From the NCBI GenBank assembly GCA_002269645.1, contig NIVC01000815.1:376083-440082 (forward strand): a DNA stretch of 64,000 nt, read 5' to 3'. The position numbers and the translations under genes were made by a program. Source of the DNA: Macrostomum lignano (Eukaryota). The notes beneath the pieces are model-generated. The model searched no databases. It had not been told where the DNA came from and worked only from the letters and a program-made list of their open reading frames with translations. Below are positions 1 through 12,520 of the stretch, one piece after another; the stretch's first letter is position 1, and every line of letters starts with the position of its first letter.

Positions 1-3000
1 CACACAGCAGACTCACACTTGTCAGTGTTGAGCACAGCTGCTCCATGACCCACACACAGCAGACTCACACTTGTCAGTGTTGAGCACAGCTGCTCCATGA
101 CCCACACACAGCAGACTCACACTTGTCAGTGTTGAGCACAGCTGCTCCATGACCCACACACAGCAGACTCACACTTGTCAGTGCTGAGCACAGCTGCTCC
201 ATGACCCACACACAGCAGACTCACACTTGTCAGTGTTGAGCACAGCTGCTCCATGACCCACACACAGCAGACTCACACTTGTCAGTGTTGAGCACAGCTG
301 CTCCATGACCCACACACAGCAGACTCACACTTGTCAGTGTTGAGCACAGCTGCTCCATGACCCACACACAGCAGACTCACACTTGTCAGTGTTGAGCACA
401 GCTGCTCCATGACCCACACACAGCAGACTCACACTTGTCAGTGTTGAGCACAGCTGCTCCATGACCCACACACAGCAGACTCACACTTGTCAGTGTTGAG
501 CACAGCTGCTCCATGACCCACACACAGCAGACTCACACTTGTCAGTGTTGAGCACAGCTGCTCCATGACCCACACACAGCAGACTCACACTTGTCAGTGT
601 TGAGCACAGCTGCTCCATGACCCACACACAGCAGACTCACACTTGTCAGTGTTGAGCACAGCTGCTCCATGACCCACACACAGCAGACTCACACTTGTCA
701 GTGCTGAGCACAGCTGCTCCATGACCCACACACAGCAGACTCACACTTGTCACTGTTGAGCACAGCTGCTCCATGACCCACACACAGCAGACTCACACTT
801 GTCAGTGTTGAGCACAGCTGCTCCATGACCCACACACAGCAGACTCACACTTGTCAGTGTTGAGCACAGCTGCTCCATGACCCACACACAGCAGACTCAC
901 ACTTGTCAGTGTTGAGCACAGCTGCTCCATGACCCACACACAGCAGACTCACACTTGTCAGTGTTGAGCACAGCTGCTCCATGACCCACACACAGCAGAC
1001 TCACACTTGTCAGTGTTGAGCACAGCTGCTCCATGACCCACACACAGCAGACTCACACTTGTCAGTGTTGAGCACAGCTGCTCCATGACCCACACACAGC
1101 AGACTCACACTTGTCAGTGCTGAGCACAGCTGCTCCATGACCCACACACAGCAGACTCACACTTGTCAGTGTTGAGCACAGCTGCTCCATGACCCACACA
1201 CAGCAGACTCACACTTGTCAGTGTTGAGCACAGCTGCTCCATGACCCACACACAGCAGACTCACACTTGTCAGTGTTGAGCACAGCTGCTCCATGACCCA
1301 CACACAGCAGACTCACACTTGTCAGTGTTGAGCACAGCTGCTCCATGACCCACACACAGCAGACTCACACTTGTCAGTGTTGAGCACAGCTGCTCCATGA
1401 CCCACACACAGCAGACTCACACTTGTCAGTGTTGAGCACAGCTGCTCCATGACCCACACACAGCAGACTCACACTTGTCAGTGTTGAGCACAGCTGCTCC
1501 ATGACCCACACACAGCAGACTCACACTTGTCAGTGTTGAGCACAGCTGCTCCATGACCCACACACAGCAGACTCACACTTGTCAGTGTTGAGCACAGCTG
1601 CTCCATGACCCACACACAGCAGACTCACACTTGTCAGTGCTGAGCACAGCTGCTCCATGACCCACACACAGCAGACTCACACTTGTCAGTGCTGAGCACA
1701 GCTGCTCCATGACCCACACACAGCAGACTCACACTTGTCAGTTGAGCACAGCTGCTCCATGACCCACACACAGCAGACTCACACTTGTCAGTGTTGAGCA
1801 CAGCTGCTCCATGACCCACACACAGCAGACTCACACTTGTCAGTGTTGAGCACAGCTGCTCCATGACCCACACACAGCAGACTCACACTTGTCAGTGTTG
1901 AGCACAGCTGCTCCATGACCCACACACAGCAGACTCACACTTGTCAGTGTTGAGCACAGCTGCTCCATGACCCACACACAGCAGACTCACACTTGTCAGT
2001 GTTGAGCACAGCTGCTCCATGACCCACACACAGCAGACTCACACTTGTCAGTGTTGAGCACAGCTGCTCCATGACCCACACACAGCAGACTCACACTTGT
2101 CAGTGTGAGCACAGCTGCTCCATGACCCACACACAGCAGACTCACACTTGTCACTGTTGAGCACAGCTGCTCCATGACCCACACACAGCAGACTCACACT
2201 TGTCAGTGTTGAGCACAGCTGCTCCATGACCCACACACAGCAGACTCACACTTGTCAGTGCTGAGCACAGCTGCTCCATGACCCACACACAGCAGACTCA
2301 CACTTGTCACTGTTGAGCACAGCTGCTCCATGACCCACACACAGCAGACTCACACTTGTCACTGTTGAGCACAGCTGCTCCATGACCCACACACAGCAGA
2401 CTCACACTTGTCAGTGTTGAGCACAGCTGCTCCATGACCCACACACAGCAGACTCACACTTGTCAGTGTTGAGCACAGCTGCTCCATGACCCACACACAG
2501 CAGACTCACACTTGTCAGTGTTGAGCACAGCTGCTCCATGACCCACACACAGCAGACTCACACTTGTCAGTGTTGAGCACAGCTGCTCCATGACCCACAC
2601 ACAGCAGACTCACACTTGTCAGTGTTGAGCACAGCTGCTCCATGACCCACACACAGCAGACTCACACTTGTCAGTGTTGAGCACAGCTGCTCCATGACCC
2701 ACACACAGCAGACTCACACTTGTCAGTGTTGAGCACAGCTGCTCCATGACCCACACACAGCAGACTCACACTTGTCAGTGTTGAGCACAGCTGCTCCATG
2801 ACCCACACACAGCAGACTCACACTTGTCAGTGTTGAGCACAGCTGCTCCATGACCCACACACAGCAGACTCACACTTGTCAGTGTTGAGCACAGCTGCTC
2901 CATGACCCACACACAGCAGACTCACACTTGTCACTGTTGAGCACAGCTGCTCCATGACCCACACACAGCAGACTCACACTTGTCAGTGTTGAGCACAGCT

Positions 3001-5302
3001 GCTCCATGACCCACACACAGCAGACTCACACTTGTCACTGTTGAGCACAGCTGCTCCATGACCCACACACAGCAGACTCACACTTGTCAGTGCTGAGCAC
3101 AGCTGCTCCATGACCCACACACAGCAGACTCACACTTGTCACTGTTGAGCACAGCTGCTCCATGACCCACACACAGCAGACTCACACTTGTCAGTGTTGA
3201 GCACAGCTGCTCCATGACCCACACACAGCAGACTCACACTTGTCAGTGCTGAGCACAGCTGCTCCATGACCCACACACAGCAGACTCACACTTGTCACTG
3301 TTGAGCACAGCTGCTCCATGACCCACACACAGCAGACTCACACTTGTCACTGTTGAGCACAGCTGCTCCATGACCCACACACAGCAGACTCACACTTGTC
3401 AGTGTTGAGCACAGCTGCTCCATGACCCACACACAGCAGACTCACACTTGTCAGTGCTGAGCACAGCTGCTCCATGACCCACACACAGCAGACTCACACT
3501 TGTCAGTGTTGAGCACAGCTGCTCCATGACCCACACACAGCAGACTCACACTTGTCAGTGCTGAGCACAGCTGCTCCATGACCCACACACAGCAGACTCA
3601 CACTTGTCAGTGTTGAGCACAGCTGCTCCATGACCCACACACAGCAGACTCACACTTGTCAGTGTTGAGCACAGCTGCTCCATGACCCACACACAGCAGA
3701 CTCACACTTGTCAGTGCTGAGCACAGCTGCTCCATGACCCACACACAGCAGACTCACACTTGTCAGTGCTGAGCACAGCTGCTCCATGACCCACACACAG
3801 CAGACTCACACTTGTCAGTGCTGAGCACAGCTGCTCCATGACCCACACACAGCAGACTCACACTTGTCACTGTTGAGCACAGCTGCTCCATGACCCACAC
3901 ACAGCAGACTCACACTTGTCACTGTTGAGCACAGCTGCTCCATGACCCACACACAGCAGACTCACACTTGTCAGTGCTGAGCACAGCTGCTCCATGACCC
4001 ACACACAGCAGACTCACACTTGTCAGTGTTGAGCACAGCTGCTCCATGACCCACACACAGCAGACTCACACTTGTCAGTGTTGAGCACAGCTGCTCCATG
4101 ACCCACACACAGCAGACTCACACTTGTCACTGTTGAGCACAGCTGCTCCATGACCCACACACAGCAGACTCACACTTGTCACTGTTGAGCACAGCTGCTC
4201 CATGACCCACACACAGCAGACTCACACTTGTCAGTGTTGAGCACAGCTGCTCCATGACCCACACACAGCAGACTCACACTTGTCAGTGCTGAGCACAGCT
4301 GCTCCATGACCCACACACAGCAGACTCACACTTGTCAGTGTTGAGCACAGCTGCTCCATGACCCACACACAGCAGACTCACACTTGTCAGTGCTGAGCAC
4401 AGCTGCTCCATGACCCACACACAGCAGACTCACACTTGTCACTGTTGAGCACAGCTGCTCCATGACCCACACACAGCAGACTCACACTTGTCACTGTTGA
4501 GCACAGCTGCTCCATGACCCACACACAGCAGACTCACACTTGTCAGTGCTGAGCACAGCTGCTCCATGACCCACACACAGCAGACTCACACTTGTCAGTG
4601 TTGAGCACAGCTGCTCCATGACCCACACACAGCAGACTCACACTTGTCAGTGTTGAGCACAGATGTTCCATGACCCACACACAGCAGACTCACACTTGTC
4701 AGTGCTGAGCACAGCTGCTCCATGACCCACACACAGCAGACTCACACTTGTCAGTGTTGAGCAGAAAAGTTTTTCTGCTCCATGACCCACACACAGCAGA
4801 CTCACACTTGTCAGTGCTGAGCACAGCTGCTCCATGACCCACACACAGCAGACTCGCACTTGTCAGTGTTGAGCACAGCTGCTCCATGACCCACACACAG
4901 CAGACTCACACTTGTCAGTGCTGAGCACAGCTGCTCCATGACCCACACACAGCAGACTCACACTTGTCAGTGTTGAGCACAGCTGCTCCATGACCCACAC
5001 ACAGCAGACTCACACTTGTCACTGTTGAGCACAGCTGCTCCATGACCCACACACAGCAGACTCACACTTGTCACTGTTGAGCACAGCTGCTCCATGACCC
5101 ACACACAGCAGACTCACACTTGTCAGTGTTGACCACAGATGTTCCATGACCCACACACAGCAGACTCACACTTGTCACTGTTGACCACAGATGTTCCATG
5201 ACCCACACACAGCAGACTCACACTTGTCAGTGTTGAGCACAGCTGCTCCATGACCCTATGTCACCGTTGGCCCTACACGCAGCAGACTCACACTTGTCAG
5301 TG
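1..5302. repeat. 52-bp minisatellite, about 100 copies in window, runs off the left edge; lies in intron 1 of gene Y1
   Basis: Unit CACACAGCAGACTCACACTTGTCAGTGTTGAGCACAGCTGCTCCATGACCCA repeats with period 52, with variants GTG(T/C)TGAG and GTCA(G/C)TG. Confidence 0.99.
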
Positions 5303-5535
5303 CCGGGCAGCCTGCCCAGAGCTCTGTTGCACTCTCCATCGTCGCCAAAGTACTCCTTCCAGATCTCCACCTTCTCCCCGGCAGGCGGATCCAGCCAGAC
5401 TGACCGGGACTTGCCGTCGACCGTGTAGCGCTTATTCTTGCCGTTTTCTATTATCAAAGCTTTTTGCTTCTTAACAGCCGGTGTATTAACAGCATTTGAG
5501 GTGTAGACTGTGGCGATGAGACGGGTGCTCGGCAT
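5292..5535 (-). CDS. Exon 1 of unknown small protein Y1 (paralog of Y2); downstream exon lies beyond the window
   Basis: ATG 5535 (MPSTRLIATVY...GRLPGTDK), GTGAGT donor after 5292 (phase 1); clear homology to 20802-21042. Confidence 0.8.
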
Positions 5536-6954
5536 TATCTGCGATGGACAATAATCAATTTTGTCTAATTCCTTTCCTAACAACAAAGATAACAGGGCAC
5601 ACTGTCACAAAAGGTCTTGAAAGCGCCTCAAAACTTAAGAGATAGAATCCTTAAGCTAAAGGATGCCTGCAGCGTCAGCAGCAGCAGCACATCCTGTACG
5701 GGTTGTGGGTAGAAAGCCTCAGCGCGGATGATGTGGCCTATCAGATGTCGCTGACGTTTTATTAAAGGGGTCGGCAAACTCCGGACTGCGAACCGCATGG
5801 CGACTCGCAAAGCTTCTCTATCCGGCCTTCGAGTTTTATAACTTCACAATAGCAATTCTTCTCATTTTTATTCCCTCAAATCGATCGTCCCAATCCTAAC
5901 AAAATCTGTCTATTTACTTCGCTATACTTTTCTTTGATTCGCCATAGCTACAATTATTAGTAGAGCGTCTTGCATTTTAACAGTTCTTTGCATACTGACT
6001 GGTTCTCTCGCATAGAATCCTTAGCTGTTGCTTGAATAATTTAATTCTAATATAGACCAGGCTTTTAACACAGTAATCGCAAGGAAAATTGCTATGCACG
6101 TCAATTTGGTAAGCAAAGCTACACATTGCAAACATCGTTAAACTGTAAAGCGTAACAGATTAGAGAGCTTGGAAAGCAGTAAACCGCTGCCAATTTGCGT
6201 AAATTTGTGCAACCCAGTGAGGCTTATGATTGAAAAAATTCGACCGTAAATTTTCTTACACTGGCTCCGTTGGTAGCCAACTGGCCCAGTAACACTTCCT
6301 GTTTAGATGCTGAATCTTAAACTATCTATCCTATACTGTAATGTAAAGGCCATGTCACTGGCTTTTCCTTTCAATGCATATTGCTTCTTTTGGAGAAGCT
6401 TGAATGCGATAGAATTGAGGCCGTTGCAAAAGCTTTGTTTATTAACTAAACAAGAGAATTTACATGAAGTTCTTGACAAGAGAGGTGCGGTCATTTAAAA
6501 ACCATCATCTCTAAGATTTGGCAAAGAAAATTGACTCACTTCGAAAAGAGATTTCACTTTTTCTGGCACGTCGTGCGGAAAATTCGATGTGCTTAGCAAC
6601 TGATCAGTGCTTCCCTTCGATTTGTCCTTCTTCCGGTTGAGAAATGAGAGCGGTTTTCTGCAATTTCACATGGTGAATTCAGCGACCACAAGTGCACTTC
6701 ATATAGTGATTGCATCAAGTTGAAAAAACGCGCACGCTTCTAGACTTATAACAAACCTTAATACGAGCTACAAGTACATGTAGATAAATCGAAAAATATG
6801 ATCATACTCTGATAGTAATTCAATCTTTCCTGTTGATTGCATGCATGGCCTTCCTGGTGAAAGACCTGCGAAAAAGCTCTTGTGCTCGTGAGTCGTAAGC
6901 GACTTTGACTAAATTAAATGAATTTGAATAATCTTAATTAGATTTCAAAGTGAA

Positions 6955-7225
6955 CCCTGTAGATTGCTGTATGAATATCTGTAGATTAATTGCTACATGC
7001 TACATGAATTTTGTAGATTGTTCAAGGAATATCTGCAGATTGCCGTAGGAATACATGTATGTATAGATTGTTTAGGAATATCTGTAGTCTGCTGTATACC
7101 TTGTTGTTAGGAATATCTGTAGATTGCTGTAGGAATATCTGTAGATTGTTGTTAGGAATATCTGTAAGATTGTTGTTAATTAGGATCATGTCTGTAGATT
7201 GCTATCAGGAATATCTGTAGATTGT
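6955..7225. repeat. Degenerate ~22-bp tandem repeat
   Basis: Recurring GTAGATTGCTGTAGGAATATCT-like units. Confidence 0.7.
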
Positions 7226-7304
7226 TGAGGGGATTTATTAGTTTCTGCGTGGATTTTTTAGATTTCTGGCTGTTTATTAGGCCTGGATCTCTTACGCACT
7301 TCAC

Positions 7305-9403
7305 TCACTTGATGGGTGGCTTCGGCTTCTCGCTGACTGGTGGCGGCGCGTCGTTCACAGTCGCCTCGCCTCCAGTTTCGCTGTCAACGGTGTTCGAAGC
7401 GGATGCTGCGGCGGCGGCGGATGCTGCTGCTGCTGCAATTTCTGCAGCTGCCCTCGCCTTGCCCTCGTCGTGCGTTGGCACGCTGACTTCGCTGTCGGAG
7501 CTGCTGCTGCGGCGCGAGCCGTCGCCTCCGTCCGGAGGGTCCAGTCCAATTTCAACCGGCTGCTGCTGATCGCTGGGGGAGGGGTTGGGTGCAATTTTAA
7601 AGCCTAAATTTGATGACGTTCTCCACCATCAAACAAAACTAAAGCACGAGTAGTGAGTAGTGAGAGATCTCATAGCACGATTTCATAAAGATCTGTGCAG
7701 ACTTCCAACTTACATCACTCCTCTGAACCAGCCTGTTTTAGTCTGCTAAACTATCCTTTTCAAACCAGTCTGTCTTCGAATTCCATAGTCGAAGTGCTCC
7801 CTTACTATTTTGATTTTCGTTATTTCTTGGACCGCGGAATCCCATACTGATTCCGCGGCATTTCCGCCCCTAGCCGCTCCCTACTATTCTGATTCCGCCC
7901 CCCCCCCAGCCGCTCCCTACTATCCTGATTCCGCCCCCTAGTCGCTGCCTACTATCCTGATTCCGGCCCCTAGCCGCTCCCTACTATCCTGATTCCGCCC
8001 CCTAGCCGCTCCCTACTATCCTGATTCCTCCCCGTAGCCGCTCTCTAGCATCCTGATTCCGCCCCTATCCACTCTCTCCCAACCCTGATTCCGCCCCGTA
8101 GCCGCTCCCTACCATCCTGCTGATTCCTCCCCTAGCCGCTCCCTACCATCCTGAATCCGCCCCTATCCACTCTCTCCCACCCTGATTCCTCCCATATCCA
8201 CTCCCTACCATCATGATTCCTCCCCTAGCCGCTCCCTACCATCCTGATTCCTCCCATATCCACTCCCTACCATCATGATTCCTCCCCTAGCCGCTCCCTA
8301 CCATCCTGATTCCTCCCATATCCACTCCCTACCATCATGATTCCTCCCCTAGCCGCTCCCTACCATCCTGATTCCTCCCATATCCACTCCCTACCATCAT
8401 GATTCCTCCCCTAGCCGCTCCCTACCATCCTGATTCCTCCCATATCCACTCCCTACCATCATGATTCCTCCCCTAGCCGCTCCCTACCATCCTGAATCCG
8501 CCCCTAGCCGCTCCCTACCATCCTGAATCCGCCCCTGGCCGCTCCCTACCATCCTGATTCCACCCCTAGCCGCTCCCTCCCATCCTGAAATCCGGCACTC
8601 ACGGCGGATGCAGCTGCCGATTCGAGGTTGTCAGCTTCCCGCCTCCGGCTGATCCGTCGGCGCTCGAACCCGAGACCGTCCTCCCCCCGCGGGTTGCGCC
8701 GGCCGCCTTCTTGTCAGATGAATCGCGCTTGGGCGACTTTTTTCTTTTAATGATTTTGTGGAGCCTGAAAAGAAAGACAAAAGCTTTTTATGCAGTCATG
8801 CAGCTCAATGTCAGAATTATTACTCATTCAATAATTGTAGTGGTTTTCAATATTTTACTGTTTTATTGCACATTAATGGAGTTAATTTAATTGATCCCTC
8901 GCGATGAGCATGCAATTAACTTAAAATAACTTCCGTACATTGACTCCTGAAAGGGTGAAAGATAATTTAATGCGTAACGTAATCAATTATGAGCTTTTGC
9001 ATAAGTACATCTGTGCATTCTGATAAGCATTCAAATCACTATACATGTATCTGTGCAGTGGAGCTGCTTCTGGGTTCCAGCTCACCTTCTTCTTAATTTT
9101 CTTATCGCTGACAGGCTGCTGCTCAGCACTATGGCTGTCCCCATCCGCTGTCGTGACGTTGACCTCCACCTCCGCCTGCTTGACCACCGGTTTCAGCTCC
9201 AGGCCGCTGATCTTGACGCTGATCGTTCGGATTTGCACCGTTTCGTTGTTGATGACGAGGCACAAGCCGGGCAGATTGGCGCAGCCGTCTGCTTGCTTTG
9301 GCGAGTCAGTCGATTCTTCCAGCGTCTGGAGTTTCGAGTCCAGCGAACAGCGCGACTCAACCTCCTGATCCACTTCTTTGTCGCGGCCGAGCGTGGCTGA
9401 CAT
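7305..9403 (-). CDS. Unknown low-complexity protein X1 (~251 aa), 4 exons including an 8-nt microexon
   Basis: Model complement(join 9403-9086, 8946-8939, 8764-8603, 7572-7305); all GT-AG, phases 0,2,2 give one open frame (756 nt). No recognisable domain. Confidence 0.6.
7845..8590. repeat. ~31-bp minisatellite in last intron of X1
   Basis: Unit CCTGATTCC(G/T)CCCCTAGCCGCTCCCTACCAT with alternating variants. Confidence 0.95.
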
Positions 9404-10357
9404 TTCCTGTTTTGTACGTTTGCTAAATGTGAATCGCAGCCCAAAAAATGAATATACGCTCTTAGCTAGCTATGGCCGCCTATATACGGAATCGAACCCT
9501 TGTTCGTTGCGCTATTTTTGTAACTATTTTTGTAACTTAATGTATATAAATCTACCTGCATGATTATAACAAGAACATTAGATTAAAGAAATGAATTAAA
9601 AGTATAGAAATCGATCATATTGGCTTTTTTACAGATAAAAGCTACAGACAGTTGTAGTAATAAAGCTAAAATATGAGCGAGCAATTGGAATTTTTATAAA
9701 AAAAAACATGACAAAGTAAAAACAGTAGGCCATGGAATTCAACCTCGGTTAGTAATTCCCCTTAATAGGTTATAAAAAAAGAAATTTATAGTAGATCTTT
9801 TCTATACACGAGCGTGTTTTAATTGAAAACTATAAACGGGAATAGCAGTTCTTTTGAGCATGTTCAAAAGCTAGCTAATCTTTTATTAAATATATTATAA
9901 CTTATAGGAACTCAGAGAACAAATTGTTTTTCTAAGAGAACAAAATTTTGTCCGTATATTTTCTTGACAAAAATCTTCCTGGATTCTTAGAGCTAATAAT
10001 AAATATATAGAAATCCACATACCTTTAGAGCAAACAGTAAAGTGCCGGTATTATTAAAGCAAAAGTGTAGCAATTTCAAATGAATTCCAACTGTGTGGAT
10101 GAAGTTCATTTGAAATTTAAACAATCTGCCCCGTTATATTTAATTCTACATAGAACTAGTTATAACAAAGCATATCTTTTTTTCGTTCATGAACTTTATT
10201 CTATGCAGAAGTTTGCATGCTGCCAACGTAAATCTTTAAGAGAATTTTCGGTGAAATTTATTTAAAATTCTAAGCTAAGAGCTAGAAGTCGTAATCCGAG
10301 TAATTCAGTTAAATTTATTTTTTAATTTTTCTTACTGTATGTAAGTTTCTGTATTAA

Positions 10358-11074
10358 CAGTAGAACTACCAAGAGAGGGGATCCCCCCTGACAATTTTTT
10401 TTGCTGCGCCGGAACGGAGCAACGCAGGCACACGAAATTCAAGAACACGGGCTAACTTTTTGTTGCGCACCTTCTCAAACAAGAATCAAGTCGCCAGCCC
10501 TTCGGACCGTCGAGATATTCGACGATTCTGCCAGAAGGTCGGGTTTTTCCCATAAGTGCCAGTGTATTCAGTACACCCCTGTGCGCCAATCAGCACTGCG
10601 CCTCAGTGCAGCCTTGCCAAGTCTCCGAATTTCATCAGCACGTCGAACACATGTGTCTGCATCAGCTCTGACTTCGTTGGTCACTGGCCTTCACCCAGGC
10701 GGAGCTTCTGGACCTTCAGCAGGTGGCACCAGGTGACACCCTGATGCGGATTTCTCTAGTTTCGCCGATCAAGGCTCGACTGCTGGACTCAATTGCAACT
10801 GCTGGACTCACAGCAGAGCTGATGCAGACACATGTGGTGACGTGCTGATGAAATTTGGAGGCTTGGCAATGCAGCACTGAGGCGCAGTGCTGATTGGCGC
10901 ACAGGGGTGTACTGAATGCACTGGCGCTTATGGGAAAAATCCGACCTTCTGGCAGAATCGTCGAATATCTCGACGGTCCGGAGGGCTGACGACTTGATTC
11001 TTGTTTGAGAAGGTGCGCAACAAAAAGTTGGCCCGTGTTCTTGAATTTCGTGTGCCTGCTTGGTATTCCTACTG
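10358..11074. mobile_element. Foldback/MITE-like non-autonomous DNA element with TTAA flanks
   Basis: Outer TIR CAGTAG(A/G)A(C/A)TACCAAG; ~245-bp imperfect inverted arms 10424-10670 and 10814-11059; TTAA immediately outside both ends; no coding capacity. Confidence 0.8.
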
Positions 11075-12520
11075 TTAAGTTAGTTTAATGAAAAATATTT
11101 TTTACTTTACCTTGCACTGTGGCAAGTGCATTAATACAATTCAATTAATTGAAATCACATTTTTCGCTTCCGAATCTCTCATAACCAATGAAATCACGTT
11201 TATTAAACAAGAAATAATCAATATATTCAGGCGATATTCCCATTCACCGTAAATCTATAAGCTTATAAATAAGCTTTATAACATGAAAAACTGCTCACAG
11301 GTCGAGGCATTGAAACGAAAAAGTAGCGAGCCTTTTTCAAAAAGAAAAATATAAGCAACATCTATAGATAAAGACATTTATACAGTAAGACAGACAGACA
11401 GAGTTTTGATTTTTATAGGTAGAGATATAGTCAGAATCGATTGTAGAATGATATCAGTATAAGGGTTTTTGCTTTGGGGCTTTGTCAAGGTATAAGCTAA
11501 AATAAACAGTAACATATATATTAGCATATGCATACATGCAGGCATTTAAGTAATATGTAGCTGATTATTATAACGATTAAATTAAACATGATTATGTGAT
11601 GAAAGTTAACGCACCACTGCGAAAGCGACATATTAAAGGATTAATTTATGGCTCTAATGCATCACTGAGGCTTTTTATGAAACTTATGGCATTAAAAGGC
11701 TATGCAGTTTAAGAACAGGCCCGAATTGCAAGCGCACTTAAATTATAAAAATAGGTACAATTTAGTAGGGAACTAAAAATTTTTTTCCCATGGACCACAC
11801 TCAAACACCAACTGAACCGAATTTGAGAAACAAATCTCTCGTATGAGCTGGTGACTGATGGCCTTGATAGGGATGCGTCTTAGGGTTTATAATATTTGAT
11901 GCAAAAATATATTTAAAACTAATCATTTTCAGATTCGTCTGCAGGCCTTCTCTGGCTCACCTGTAAACTTTTAGTCATGTAATTTAGTTCTCTGCAATAA
12001 CTAAACGCTCTTAGCTCGTATCTCACATGTTATCTTGATGCCTTCTGATTGGTTATCACCTCGTGCCCTCTGGCTTCTATCCTTTACCCTAAGGTCTTAC
12101 TTATGCGTGTTCTTCTCCCTTCCTCTCGCTGCCTTCTGATTGGTTATCATTATCAACACATCATCCCCTCTGGCTTCTATCTCTTACCCTAGAGTATCAC
12201 ACAATGTCAACCAAGTTTTTAGTGAGCTAAGATTCTTGCATCAAAAATCAAATTGAAAAAAATCAACCATTTTAAATCATTAGCCACTCTAACGAGCTAA
12301 AAAAGATCCCAATTTTAGGTTGACTATTAAATTTGTTTTTTTCTCAATACCGAGTCCTTAAGTGTTACGTGAAATAATAGAAACTGTGTATGCGTTGCAG
12401 ATGATTTTATAACTTCTTTAGTATCGCATTTATGAGATTTACCGGCTTGTTGAATAGTTAAGTATGGGAATATAAGTTTTTATGAATGCAGACTGCCTGG
12501 AATAAACCGAGATGCACGCG

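Noticed and set aside
1634-4896. Short ORFs (MWVMEQLC...) in the satellite
   Set aside because: They are translations of the repeat unit opened by small indels.
1-5302. CRISPR-like array
   Set aside because: Units are contiguous identical 52-mers with no unique spacers, no cas genes, and eukaryotic context.
5765-5830. hAT-like terminal sequence GGGGTCGGCAAACTCCGG
   Set aside because: Only one end found; no partner TIR or 8-bp TSD.
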